64,000 bases of DNA from Pristiophorus japonicus (GCF_044704955.1 NC_091995.1:45756001-45820000), one strand, 5' to 3'. Positions 21,624 through 36,199 are shown, counted from the stretch's first letter. Notes: generated by a model from the letters alone, not told the origin. Translations and numbers: made by a program.

Positions 21624-23195
21624 TTTGGTGACGATGAGGTAACAAGAACCTTTGCATGCAAAAATGAGCACAATTGGAATTCTGGAGCGATTCGTGGAGG
21701 GGGAAGATTGAGCAGACTTTGTAGCCCATTTAAACCAGTACTTCATGGCCAACAAAATGGAGGAAGAGGCAGATGCAGTTTGGCGCTAGGTGGTCCTCCT
21801 CACGGTTTGCAGTCCAACAATCTATGGACTCATAATGAATCTCCTCTCACCCTTAAGTCCAAGGGACAAGAACTATGAAACGTTGTGTACTCTGGTATGT
21901 GACCATCTCAAACCAGGTGAAGATATCGATTCTATATACACGGTCGTTCTGAGGGCAAGGATGCATCAGAATTCATTGCCAAACTAACACGTCTAGCTGG
22001 ACCGTGTAAGTTCAAAACTGCGTTGGCAGACATGCTGGCTGCGGGACCTCTTTTAATCAGCATCAACCAGGAGGTGATCCTGCGTAAGCTACTGGCGGCG
22101 GAGATGCTGGATTTGAGCAAGGCCATCACGATTGCCCAATCATGCATGATGACGGACAAAAGCTTAACGCAGATATCATTGAAAAATCGGAACTCGGCAA
22201 GCACTGTAAATAAGATAGTATCGTCGTTTGGCAGAGCTGCATATGGCAGGGCCTACATGACTGCATACACGAAACCTGTGGCTCTTCAATGTCCACCAAT
22301 GGGAATAAATCTGCTATCACCGTATTGATGTTGTGGGGGAAAACATCGGCATCATCAGTGTCGGTTTAAACAGTATATTTGTAAAGGTTGATTGGGAGTG
22401 GGGCATCTCCAGTGCATGTGTCCGCAACTGAGCAAGTGTGCTGCGACACACCACGTGGAGGATGATGACCAATCTAACGTGGATCCAGATATGCAATCCG
22501 AGATACCAGAGGAGGAAGTGTGTGGACTGTATTCATTCCTAACAAAGAAACAATCGATAATGATTAATGTAAAACTTAACATTGTGCCGATATCGATGGA
22601 ATTGGACATGGGTGTGACTCAATCAATAATGAGCCAGGGGACATTCGACAGGCTGTGGGATATTAAGACTGTGAGGCCTAAACTAAGTCCAGTCAATGCC
22701 AAGTTGCATACTTAAACTAAAGAACTCATAGCGGCGATTGGCAGTGCATCAAGATGTCATATGAAGATGCAGTTCATGATTTAGTGTAATGGATTGTTCC
22801 AGGCAATGGTCCAATGCTGTTCGCCAGGAGCTGGTTAGAAAAAATCAAACGCAACTGGAACGAGATCAAAGCATTGTCGTCAGAGGAGGATACTCCATGT
22901 GCTCAAGTGGTGAGAAAGTTCCCCTCGCTGTTTGAACCAGGCATCAGCAATTTCACGGGAGCCAGGGTGCAGATCCACATGGATTCAGATGCAAGACTCA
23001 TCCATCATAAAGCTCGGGCAGTTCCGTACATGATGAGGGAGAAGATCGAAATCGAATTGGACAGACTCCATCGTGAAGGGATCATATCACGGCCGAATTT
23101 AATGAATGGGCCAACCCCATTGTTCCCTTGTTGAAAAGTGATGGCACTGTTCGGATTTGTGAAGTCTACAAGGTTACAATCAACCGAGTTTCGAA

Positions 23196-26100
23196 GTGCA
23201 GCGGCAGGTCAGAGTGCAAAGGTAAGAGTTTAGTAAGTGGGAGAGTTCTGGCAAGTGGGAGCGGGAGGTGTTGCTTTGTCTTGTTTTTCCCACCAGTGCT
23301 GACTCCCCGACCTGGGAGGAAAAGAAAACGAAGTGTGAGATCACAGCAAGAGGTTCAGGGATTTCGGAGCAGCCTATAAAGGCCAGCTGGTGCAGCTGCA
23401 GCAGGCAGAGAAGGCAAAAAAGAAATAGAAAGAAATTCAAAGATGACGTCATAGCCAAGGTGGTAAGTGATTGACTGGTGATTGGTGAGCAGTTTTTTCT
23501 TTTTCTTTTCTTTATCAGTAAGTAAACTTTAGCATTATTGTTGCCAAATTTTAAGTTAATCTAGGGTTTAGGTCATGGCAAGAGAGCTCGGACACATGCT
23601 ATGCTCCTCCTGTACTATGTGGGAAGTCAGGGATGCTTTCAGTGTCCCTAATGACTACATGTGCAGGATGTGTATCCGGCTGCAGCTCCTGTCAGACCAC
23701 ATTGCGGCACTGGAGCTGCAGGTGGATTCACTCTGGAGAATGCGCGATGCTGAGGTTGTCGTGCATAGCTCATTTCGTGAGTTCATCTTACCGCAGGTAA
23801 AGGTTACACAGCCAGATAGGTGATGGGTGACCAACAGGAAGAGCAGTGGAAGGAAGGTAGTGCAGGGGTCCTCTGCGGTCATCCCCCTGCAAAACAGATG
23901 CACCGCTTTGGGTACAGTTGAGGGGGATGACTCATCAGGGGAGGGCAGCAGCAGCCAAGTCCATGGCACCGTGGTTGGATCTGCTGCACAGGAGGGCAGG
24001 AAAAAGAGTGTGAGAGCTATAGTGATAGGGGATTCTATTGTAAGGGGAATAGATAGACGTTTCTTCGGCCGCAAGCAAGACTCCAGGATGGTATGCTGCC
24101 TCCCTGGTGCAAGAGTCAAGGATGACTCGGAGCGAGTGCAGGACATTTTGAAAGGGGACGGCAAATAGTCAATTGTCGTTGTGCGTACAGGTACCAATGA
24201 TATCGGTAAAAAATGGGATGAGGTCCTACAAGATGAATTTAGGGAGCTAGAAGCTAAATTAAAATGTAGGACCTCAAAAGTAGTAATCTCAGGATTGCTA
24301 CCAATGCCATGTGCTAGTCAGAGTAGGAATCGCAGGATAGTTCAGATGAATATGTGGCTTGAGGAGTGGTGCAGAAGGGAGGGATTCAAATTCCTGGGGC
24401 ATTGGAATCAGTTCTGAGTGAGGTGGGACCAGTACAAACCGGACGGTCTGCACCTGGCAGGACTGGAACCAATGTGATAGGGGCAGATTTTGCTAATGCT
24501 GTTGGGGAGGGGGATGGGAACCTATGCAGGTAGACAGGAGGAAGTAGAATAAGGGCAGAAGCAAAAGATTGAAAGAAGAAAAGTAAAAGTACAGGGCAGA
24601 GAAACCAAGGCAAAAAGCAAAAAGGGCCACATTACACCAAAATCCGAAAGGGGCAAAGGGTGTTAAAAAAACAAGCCTGAAGGCTCTGTGCCTCAATGCG
24701 AGGAGTATTTGGAATAAGGTGGACAAATTAATTGGCATCACGGAGACATGGCTCCAGGATGACCAAGGCTGGGAACCCAACATCCATGGGTATTCAACAT
24801 TTAGGAAGGATAGACAGAAAGGAAAAGGAGGTGGTGCTGGCTAAAGAGGAAATTAATGCAATAGTAAGGAAGGACATTAGCTTGGATGAAGTGGAATTGG
24901 TATGCGTGGAGCTGCGGAATACCAAAGGGCAGAAAACGTGAGTGAGAGTTGTGTACAGAACACGAAACAGTAGTAATGAGGTTGGGGACAGCATCAAACA
25001 AGAATTTAGGGATGTGTGCAATAAAGATGCAGCAGTTATCATGGGCGACTTCAATCTACATATTGACTGGGCTAACCAAACTGGTAGTATTGCGGTGGTG
25101 GAGGATTTCCTGGAGTGTATTAGGGATGGATTTCTCGACCAATATGTCGAGGAACCAACTAGAGGGCTGGCCATACTAGACTGGGTGATGTGTAATGAGA
25201 AAGGACTAATTAACAATCATGTTGTGCGAGGCCCCTTGGGGAAGAGTGACATAATATGGTTGAATTCTTTATTCAGATGTAGAGTGACACAGTTAATTCA
25301 GAGACTAGGGTCCTGAACTTGGGGAAAGGTAACTTCGATGGTATTGGTTGCGAATTGGCTAGAATAGACTGGCGAGTGATACTTAAAGGGTTGATGTTGG
25401 ATAGGCAATGGCAAACTTTTAAAGATCACATGGATGAACTTCAACAATTGTACATCCCTGTCTGGAGTAAAAATTAAACGGGGAAGGTGGCTCAACCGTA
25501 GCTAACAAGGGAAATTAAGGATAGTGATAAATCCAAGGAAGAGGCATATAAATCAGCAAGATAAAGCAGCAAACTGGAGGACTGGGAGAATTGTAGAATT
25601 CAGCGGAGGAGGAGCAAGGGTTTAATTAAGAGGGGGAAAATAGAGTATGAGAGGAAGGTTCCCGGAAACATAAAAGCTGACTGCAAAAGCTTCTATAGAT
25701 ATGTGAAGAGAAAAAGATTAGTGAAGACAAACGTAAGTCCGTTGCAGGCGGATTCGGTTGAATTTATAATGGGGAACAAAGAAATGGCAGACCAATTGAA
25801 CACGTACTTTGGTTCTGTCTTCACAAAGGAAGACACAAATAACCTTCCGGATGTACTTGGGGACCGAAGGTCTAGTGAGAAGGAGGAACTGAAGGATATC
25901 CTTATTAGGCGGGAAATTGTGTTTGGGAAATTGACGGGATTGAAGGTCGATAAATCCCCAGGGCCTGATAGTCTACATCCCAGAGTACTTAAGGAATGGC
26001 CCTAGAAATAGTGGATGCATTGGTGATAATTTTCCAACAGTCGATCGACTCTGGATCAGTTCCCATGGACTGGAGGGTTGCTAATGTAACACCACTTTTT

Positions 26101-27512
26101 GAAGTAGGAGGTAGAGAGAAAACAGGTAATTATAGATCGGTTAGCCTGACATCGGTGGTGGGAAAAATGTTGGAATCAATCATTAAGGATCAAATAGCAG
26201 CGCATTTGGAGAGCAGTGATAGGATTGGTCCAAGTCAGCATGGATGTACGAAAGGGAAATCATGCTTGACAAATCTTTTGAAATTTTTTGAAGAAGTAGC
26301 AAGTAGAGTGGACAAGGGAGAACCAGTGGATGATGTGCATTTGGACTTTCAAATGGCTTTTGACAAGGTCCCACACAGGAGATTGGTGTGCAAAATCAAA
26401 GCACATGGTATTGGGCGTAATGTACTGACGTGGATAGAGAACTGGTTGGCAGACAGGAAGCAGAGAGTCGGGTCCTTTTCAGAATGGCAGGCAGTGACTA
26501 GTGGAGTGCCGTACGGCTCAGTGCTGGGACCCCAGCTCTTTACCATATACATTAATGATTTGGATGAAGGAATTAAGTGTAATATCTCCAAGTTTGCAGA
26601 TGACACTAAACTGGGTGGTGGTGTGAGCTGTGAGGACGATGCTAAGAGGCTGCAGAGTGACTTGGACAGTTTAGGTGAGTGGGCAAATATGTGGCAGATG
26701 CAGTATAATGTAGATAAATGAGAGGTTTTCCACTTTGGGGGCAAAAACACGTAGGCAGAATATTATCTGAATGGCGGAAGATTAGAAAAATGGGAGGTGC
26801 AGCGAGACCTGGGTGTCATGGTTCATCAGTCATTGAAAGTTGGCATGCAGGTACAGCAGGCGGTGAAGAAGGCAAGTGGTATGTTGGCCTTCATAGCAAG
26901 GGGATTTGAGTATAGGAGCAGAGAAGTCTTGCTGAAGTTGTACAGGGCCTTGCTGAGGCCCCACCTGGAATATTTGGTCTCCTAATCTGAGGAAGGACGT
27001 TCTTGCTATTGAGGGAGTGCAGCGAAGGTTAACCAGACTGATTCCAGGGATGGTTGGGCTGACATATGAGGAGAGATTGGATCAACTGGGCCTTAATACA
27101 CTGGAGTTTAGAAGGATGAGAGGGAATCTCATAAAAACATAAAAGATTCTGACTGGACTGGACAGGTTAGATGCGTGAAGAATGTTCCCAATGTTGGAGA
27201 AGTCCAGAACCAGGGGACACAGTCTTAGGATAAGGGACAGGCCGTTTAGGACTGAGATGAGGAGAAACTTGTTCACTCAGAGAGTTGTTAAGGTGTGCAA
27301 TTCCCTGCCGCAGAGAGTTGTTGATGCCAGTTCATTGGATATATTCAAGAGGCAGTTACATATGGACCGTGCAGCTAAAGGGATGAAGGGGTATGGAGAG
27401 AAAGCAGGAAAGGGGTACTGAAGGAATGATCAGCCATGATCTTATTGAATTGTGGTGCAGGCTCGAAGGGCCGAATGGCCTACTCCTGCACCTATTTTCT
27501 ATCTTTCTATGT
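23196..27512 (+). mobile_element. Full-length CR1 LINE (5' UTR, ORF1 Zn-finger/SGNH esterase, ORF2 EN-RT) inside the Gypsy RT
   Basis: ORF1 from 23575 (CSSC.M..C..C.RL, VIGDSIVRG, CLPGARV, GTNDI); ORF2 motifs up to FADD; TTCTAT tail; splits the Gypsy RT sequence INRVSK|QDQYPLP. Confidence 0.93.
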
Positions 27513-29326
27513 TATAGATATGTGAAGATAAAAAGATGAGTGAATACAAATGTAGGTCCCTTTCAGTCAGATTCAGGTGAATTTATAATGGGGAACAAAG
27601 AAATGGCGGACCAGTTAAACAAATACTTTGGTTCTGTTTTCACAATGAAGACACAAATAACCTTCCAGAAACACTAGGGGACCGAGGATCGAGTGAGAAG
27701 GAGGAACTGAAGGATATCCTTATTAGGCGGGAAATTGTGTTCGGGAAATTGATGGGATTGAAGGCCGATAAATCCCCGGGGCCTGATAGTCTGCATCCCA
27801 GACTACTTTAGGAAGTGGCCATAGAAATAGTGGACGCATTGGTGATAATTTTCCAACAGGCTATCGACTCTGGATCAGTTCCTCTGGACTGGAGCGTAGC
27901 AAATGTAACACTACTGTTTAAAAAATGAGGGAGAGAGAAAACGGGTAATTATAGACCGGTTAGCCTGACATCATTAGTGGGGAAAATGTTGGAATCAATT
28001 CTTAAAGGTGAAATAACAGCGCATTTGGAAAGCAGTGATGGGATTGGTCCAAGTCAGTGTGGATTTATGAAAGGGAAATTATGCTTCACAAATCTTCTGG
28101 AATTTTTTGAGGATGTAACGAGTAGAGTGGATGTGGTGTATTTGGACTTTCAAAAGAGTTTTGACAAGGTCCCACACAAGAGATTGGCATGCAAAATCAA
28201 AGCACTTGATATTGGGGGTAATGTACTGATGTGGATAGAGAACTGGTTGGCAGACAAGCAGCAGAGAGCCTGGATAAACAGGTCCTTTTCAGAATGGCAG
28301 GCAGCGACTATTGTGGTGCAGGGCTCAATGTTGTGACCCCAGCTATTTACAATATGCATTAATGATTTAGATGAAGCAATTGAGTATAACATCTCCAAGT
28401 TTGCAGCTGACATTAAACAGGGTTGCGGTGTGAGCTGTGAGGAGGATGCTAAAAGGCTGCAGAGTGACTTGGACAAGTTCGGTGAGTGGGCAAATGCATG
28501 GCAGATGCAATATAATGTGAAAAAATGTGAGGTTATCCACTTTGGTGGCAAAAACACGAAGGCAGAATATTATCTGAATGGCGGCAGATTATGAAAGGAG
28601 GAGGTGCAACGAGACCTGGGTGTCATGGTTCATCAGTCATTGAAAGTTGGTATGCAAGTACAGCAGGCGGAGAAGAAGGCAAATGGTATGTTGGCCTTCA
28701 TAGCTAGGGGATTTGAGTATAGGAGCAGGGAGGTCTTACTGCAGTTGTACATGGCCTTTGTGAGGTCTCACCTGAAATATGGTGTTCAGTTTTGGTCTCC
28801 TAATCTGAGGAAGGACGTTTTTGCTATTGATGGAGTGCAGCAAAGCATCACCAGACTGATTCCCGGGATGGCGGGACTGACATACGAGGAGAGACTGGAT
28901 CAACTGGGCCTTGATGCCCTGGAGTTTAGAAGGATGAGAGGGGATCTCATAGAAACTTAAAAGATTCTGATGGGACTGGACAGGTTATATGCGGGAAGAA
29001 TGTTCCCGATGATGGGGAAGTCCAGAAGCAGGGGACACAGTCTTTGGATAAGGGGTAAGCCATTTAGGACTGTGATGAGGAGAAACTTCTTCACTCAGAC
29101 AGTTGTTAACCTGTGGAATTCCCGAACGCAGAGAGTTGTCACTGGATATATTCAAGAGGGAGTTAGATATGGCCCTTATGGCTAACGGGGTCAAGGGGTA
29201 TGGAGAAAAAGCAGGAAAGGGGTACTGAGGAAATGATCAGCCATGATCTTATTGAATGGTGATGCAGGCTCGAAGAGCTGAATGGCCTACTCCTGCATTT
29301 ATTTTCTATGTTTCTATGTTTCTATG
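27513..29326 (+). mobile_element. Second CR1 3' portion (~1.8 kb) in tandem
   Basis: Collinear with 25694-27512; ends TTCTATGTTTCTATGTTTCTATG. Confidence 0.93.
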
Positions 29327-31120
29327 AAACAAGATCAATACCCATTACCGAAGGCTGATGACCTGTTTGCAAAACTAGCCGTAGGGAAGTTGTTCACAAA
29401 CTGGATCTGACATCAACCAACATGACACAGGAGCTGGTCGACATGTGAAATAAACTTTCATGCATCAGCACTTGTAAAGGACTGTTTATCTACAACCTGT
29501 GCCATTTTGGAATTCGCTGGGCTGCAGCCATATTTCAGAGCAACATGGAGAGTCTACTGAAATCTGTCCCCAGAACCTTTGTGTTCCAAGATGACATACT
29601 GGTCACAAGTCATGACTCCGCTGAACATCTGAGCAACCTTGAAGAGGATTTACATTGTCTGGAGAAAGTGGGACTCAGACTGAAATGCTCGAAGTGCATC
29701 TTCATGGCACCGGAGGTCAAATTCCTAGTGAGGAAAATTGCTTCTGACAGTATCAGGCCTATGGACTCGAAAACTAAGGCCATCAAAAATGCACCCAAGC
29801 CTCAGAATGTCATGGAGCTGCATTTGCTGCTTGGTCTACTCAATTACTTTGGTAATTTCTAACCTAGATTGAGCACCTTATTCGAACCACTGCACATGTT
29901 GCTAATAAAAGGTGACAATTGGGTTTGGGGTGCATCTCAAGATAAAGCTTTTGAGAAAGCTACTCATCTACTTTGCTCAAACAAACTGAAGTTACACTGT
30001 GACCCGTGTAAGCATCTAGTATTGGCCTGTGATGCTTTGTCATATGGAGTTGGTTGCGTGCTCCAACAAGCTAATGAGTCGGGAAAATTACAACCTGTTG
30101 CATATGCTTCAAAATGTTTGCCATAGGTGAAAAGAGCCTACAACATGCTCGAGAAAGAAGCACTGGCCTGTGTGTATGGGGTTAAAAAGATGCATCAATA
30201 CCTGTTTGGTCTTCCTTTTGAACAGGAAACAGATCACAAGCCATTCATTTCATTGTTTTTGGAAAACAAAGGTATCAATACCAATGCATCATCCCGCATC
30301 CAGAGGTGGGCGCTGACATTATCTGCCGATGATTATGTCATTCGCCATAGACCTGGCACTGAGAATTATGCCGATGCATTGAGCTATCTCCCGTTGTCCA
30401 CACCGGAGGTTGAAACGCCACAACCGGCAGACTTACTGTTCATCATGAATGATTTTGAAAGTGAAGGAACCCCTGTAACGGCCCAACAAGTTAAGACCTG
30501 GATCAGCCAGGACCCAATATTATCGGTTGTGAAACGTTGTATCCTTCGTGGTGATTGGTCTGCCATACCCAAGCAAATGTGTGAAGAGACCAGACCTTAC
30601 ATCTGTCGCAAAGACAAACTATCCATTCAATCAGATTGTATACTGTGGGGTAATCTTGTTGTTATGTTCAAGAAAGGCAGAGATAAATTTGTGCATGATC
30701 TACATAGCAAGCATCCCAGTAATGTCATGATGAAAGCCATTGCCAGGTCTCATCTATGGTGGCCTGGAATTGACTCTGATCTGGAATCATGTGTGTATCA
30801 GTGCAACACTTGCATGCAGCTTAGTAAAGCACCAGCGGAATCGCCACTGAGTCTGTGGTCATGGCCATCCAAACCATGGTGCAGGATCCACATCGATTTT
30901 GCAGGTCCCTTCCTGGTAAAGATGTTTTTAGTTGTGGTGGATCCTTATTCCAAGTGGATAGAGTGTACAATCATGTCATCCAGCACATCCACAGCTACCA
31001 TTGAGAGCCTTCATGTCATGTTTGCCACGCATGGTCTGCCTGACATCATTGTCAGTGAAAACGGATCTTACTTCACAAGTATGGAGTTTCAAGAGTTCAT
31101 GAAACTCAATGGTATCAAAC

Positions 31121-34100
31121 GGGGATCGGCGGCAGCGTCGGAGAGGCCAAGCAGTCATTCCTAAGGCCTATAAAGGCCCAGCGGGAGTCCGGGGGTCGGC
31201 AACAACGTCGGAGAGGCCGAGCAGGAGTTCGTGAGGCCGATGAAGGCCGACCGGTGCAGCTGCAGCCGGGAGGCAAAAAAGAAGTAGAAAGAAATCAAAA
31301 GGTGACGTCACAGCCAAGGGGGTAAGTGATTGGTGGTAGTTTTACTTTCTTTTTTATTTTCTCTGTCAGTAAGTAACATTCAGCATTATTGTTGCTAAAT
31401 TAAGTTTATCTAAGGGTTAACTCATGGCAGGACAGCTCGGACATGTGTTATGCTCCTCCTGTACTAATGTGGGAAGTCAGGGACGCTTCCGGTGTCCCTG
31501 ACAACTTCGTGTGTGGGAAGTGTATCCGCCTCCAGCTCCTGATGGACCGCATTACAGCACTGGAGCTGCGGGTGGATTCACTCTGGAGCATCCACGATGC
31601 TGAGAATGATGTGAATAGCATGTTTAGCGAGTTGGTCTCACGGCAGGCAAAAGGTACTCAGCCAGAAAGTAAATGGGTGACCAGCAGGAATAGCAGTTCA
31701 AGGAAGGTAGTGCGGGGGCCTCCTGCGGTCATCCTCCTGCAAAACAGATACACCGCTTTGGGTACTGTTGAAGGGGATGACTCATCAGCGGGGAGCAGCA
31801 GCAGCCAAGTTCATGGCACCATGGCTGGCTCTGCTGCACAGGAGGGCAGGAAAAGAGTGGGAGAGCGATAGTAATAGGGGATTCAATTGTAAGGGGAATA
31901 GATAGGCGTTTCTGCGGCCGCAACTGAGACTTCAGGATGGTATGTTGCCTCCCTGGTGCAAGAGTCAAGGATGTCTCGGAGTGGGTGCACGACATTCTGG
32001 AAAGGGAGGGTGAACAGCGAGTTGTCATGGTGCACATAGGTACCAACGATATAGGTAAAAAATAGGATGAGGTCCTATGAGACGAAATTAGGGAGCTGCG
32101 AGCGAAATTAAAAAGTAGGGCCTCAAAAGTAGCAATCTCAGGATTGCTACCAGTGCCACGTGCTAGTCAGAGTAGGAATCACAGGATAGCTCAGATGAAT
32201 ACGTGGCTTGAGAACTAGTGCAGAAGGGAGGGATTCAAATTCCTAGGACATTGGAACCAGTTCTGGAGGAGGTGGGACCAGTACAAACTGGATGGTCTAT
32301 ACCTGGGCAGGAGCAGAACCAATGTCCTAGGGGGAGTGTTTGCTAGTGCTGTTGGGGAGGAGTTAAACTAACATGGCAGGGGGATGGGACCTATGCAGGG
32401 AGACAGAGAGAAATAAAATGGAGGCAGGAGCAAAAGTTAGAAAGGAGAATAGTAAAAGTGGAGGCAGAGAAACCCAAGGCAAAAAACAAAAAAGGCACAT
32501 TACAACAAAATTCTAAAGTGGCAAAGTGTGTTAAAAAGACAAGCCTGATTGCTCTGTGCCTCAATGCGAGGAGTATTCGGAATAAGGTGGAAGAATTAAC
32601 TGTGCAGACAGCAGTTAATGGATATGATGTAATTGGCATCACGGAGACATGGCTCCAGGGTGACCAAGGCTGGAAACTCAACATCCAGGGGTATTCAACA
32701 TTTAGGATGGATAGGCAGAGAGGAAAATGAGGCGGTGTGGCATTGCTGGTTAAAGAGGAAATTAATGCAATAGTAAGGTGGGACATTAGCCTGGATGATG
32801 TGGAATCTGTATGCTTGGAGCTGCGGAATACCAAAGGGCAGAAAACGCAAGTGAGAGTTGTGTACAGACCACCAAACAGTAGTAGTGAGGTTGGGGACAG
32901 CATCAAACAAGAAATAAGGGATATGTGCAATAAAGGTACAGCAGTTATCATGGGCGACTTTAATCTACATATCGATTGGGCTAACCAAACTGGTAGCAAT
33001 GTGGTGGAAGAGGAATTCCGAAAATGTATTACGGATGGTTTTCTAGACCAATATGTCGAGGAACCAACTGGAGAGCTGGCCATCCTAGACTGGGTGATGT
33101 GTAACAAGAAGGGACTAATTAATAATCATGTTGTGCGAGGCCCCTTGGCGAAGAGTGACCATAATATGGTTGAATTATTTATTAAGATGGAGAGTGACAC
33201 AGATAATTCAGAAACTAGGGTCCTGAACTTAAGGAAAGGTAACATCGACGGTATGAGGTGTGAATTGGCTAGAATAGACTGGCAAAGGACACTTAAAGGG
33301 TTGACGGTGGATAAGCAATGGAAACATTTAAAGATCACATGGATGAACTTCAGCAATTGTACATCCCTGTCGGAAGTAAAAAATAAAACGGAAAAGGTGG
33401 GTCAACCGTGGCTAACAAGGGAAATTAAGGATAGTTTTAAAACCAAGGAAGAGGCATATAAATTGGCGAAAAAAAACAACAAACCTGAGGACCGGATGAA
33501 ATTTAGAATTCAACAAAGGAGGTCTAAGGGTTTAATTAAGAGGGGGAAAATAGAGTACGAGAGGAAGCTTGCAGAGAACATAAAAACTGACTGCAAAAGT
33601 TTCTATAAATATATGAAGAAAAAAAGTTTAGTGAAGACAAACGCAGGTCCCTTGCAGTAGGATTCAGGTGAATTTATAATGAGGAACAAAGAAGTAGCAG
33701 ACCAATTGAACAAATACTTCGGTTCTGTCTCCACGAAGGAAAACACAAATAAACTTCCAAACGTACTAGGGGTCAATGGGTCTAGTGAGAAGGAGGAAGT
33801 GAAGGATATCATTATTATGCGGGAAATTGTGTTAGGGAAATTGATGGGATTGAAGGCTGATAAATCCCCGCAGCCTGATAGTCTGCATCCCAGAGTACAT
33901 AAGGAAGTGGCCCTAGAAATAGTGGATGCATTGGTAGTCATTTTCCAACAGTCTATCGATTCTGAATCAGTTCCTATGGACTGGAGGGTAGCTAATGTAA
34001 CACCACTTTTTAAAAAGGGAGGGAGAGAGAAAACGAGTAATTATAGACTGGTTAGCCTGACAACAGTAGTGGGGAAAATGCTGGAATCAATCATTAAGGA

Positions 34101-35444
34101 CGAAATAGCAGCGCATTTAGAAAGCAGTGACAGGATCGGTCAAAGTCAGCATGGATTTATGAAAGGGAAATCATGCTTGACGAATCTTCTGGAATTTTTT
34201 GAGCATGTAACTAGCAGAGTGGACAGGGGAGAACCAGTGGATGTGGTGCATTTGGACTTTCAACAGGCTTTTGACAAGGTCCCGCACAAGAGATTGGTGT
34301 GCAAAATCAAAGTGCATGGTATTGGGGCTAATGTACTGACGTGGATAAGGAACTAGTTGGCAGACAGGAAGCAGAGAGTCAGGATAAATGGGTCCTTTTC
34401 AGAATGGCACGCAATGACTAGTGGAGTGCCGCAGGGCTCAGTGCTGGAACCCAGTTCTTTACAATATACATTAACGATTTAGATGAAGGAATTGAGTGTA
34501 ATCTCTCCAAGTTTGCAGATGACACTAAACTGGGTGGCAGTGTGAGCTGTGAGGAGGATGCCAAGAGGCTGCAGGGTGACTTGGACAGGTGAGGTGAGTG
34601 GACAAATGCATGGCAGATGCAGTATAATGTGGATAGATGTGAAGTTATCCATTTTGGGGATAAAAACACGAAGGCAGAATATTATCTGAATGGCGGCAGA
34701 TTAGGAAAAGGGGAGGTGCAACGAGACCTGGGGGTCATGGTTCATCAGTCATTGAAAGTTGGCATGCAGGTACAGCAGGCGTTGAAGAAGGCAAATGTTG
34801 GTCTTCATAGCTAGGGGATTTGAGTATTGGAGCAGGCAGGTCTCACGGCATTTGTAGAGGGCCTGAGTGAGGTATCACCTGGAATATTGTGCTCAGTTTT
34901 GGTCTCCTAATCTGAGGAAGGACATTCTTGCTATTGAGGGAGTGCAGCGAAGGTTAACCAGACTGATTCCAGGGATGGTTGGGCTGACATATGAGGAGAG
35001 ATTGGATCAACTGGGCCTTAATACACTGGAGTTTAGAAGGATGAGAGGGGATCTCTTAGAAATGTATACGATTCTGATGGGACTGGACAGGTTATATGCG
35101 GGGAGAATGTTCCCGATGTTGGGGAAGTCCAAAACCAGGGGACATAGTCTTCGGATAAGGGGTTGGCCATTTAGGACTGAGATGAGGAGAAACCTCTTCA
35201 CTCAGAGAGTTGTTAACCTGTGGAATTCCCTGCCACAGAGAGTTGTTGATGCCAGTTCATTGGATATATTCAAGAGGGAGTTAGGTATGGCTCTTACGGC
35301 TAAAGGGATCAAGGGGTATGGAGTGAAAGCAGGAAAGGCGTACTGAGGGAATGATCAGCCATGATCTTATTGAATGGCGGTGCAGGCTCAAAGAGCCGAA
35401 TGGCCTATTCCTGCATCTATTTTCTATGTTTCTATGTTTCTATG
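31121..35444 (+). mobile_element. Full-length CR1 LINE inside the Gypsy integrase
   Basis: ORF1 from 31424 (esterase IGDSIVRG); ORF2 (CLNARSIRNK, GITETWL, YRPP, SDHN, LDFQQAFDKVPH); tail; splits the integrase sequence NGIK|HVRSA. Confidence 0.95.
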
Positions 35445-36199
35445 TGAGGTCAGCAGCATTCAAACCCGTATCCAATGGACAAGCAGAGCATGCGGTCCAA
35501 ACCATCAAACGTGTAACTCAAGGTTCAGTGCAAACTCGCTTGTCACGCTTATTACTTAGTTGCAGGACAAGACCCCATATCCTTACCGGGTTCTCCCCTG
35601 CTGAACTTTTGATGAATAGAGGTCTCAAGACCAGGCTTTCTCTTGTCCACCCTGACTTGAATAATCATGTTGAATATAGACGTCAAAGTAAGCAAGGGTA
35701 TCATGATCGCACTGCTATGTCATGTGACATTTCTATCAATGATCCTGTGTGTGTACTGAATTATGATCAAGGTCCCAAATGGATTGCCGGTACTGTTATG
35801 GCCAAGCAGGGTAACAGAGTGTTTATCATTAAGCTCAAGAATGGGCAGACATGCAGAAAACATGTCGATCAGATAAAGCTGTGGCACACGGATAAAGCCG
35901 AACAGTCTGAGGGAAACATGAACAGTGACCTACCAACCTACCCTCAGTCATCAGAGGACTCCACTGTTATCAATGAATCTGAACTTTCAATCACTGACAC
36001 GGGCAATGAATCTGGACTTCCAATCCCTGACTTGGTCATTGCTATTCCCATCAGATCGGCTTGCCAACCCCCGGTCATAACAGACTCAAAACGCTCACCC
36101 AAGGCTGGAGTTGAACTGAGACATTCAACTCGGGAGTAGAAAGCCCCGGACTCTCTGAATTTGGAAAAAGACCATTAGTAATATCTTAAAAGGGGATAT

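Noticed and set aside
30127-31164. 345-aa ORF as a domesticated integrase
   Set aside because: Ordinary Gypsy RNase H/integrase fragment truncated by a CR1 insertion, with a degenerate catalytic motif (SENG).
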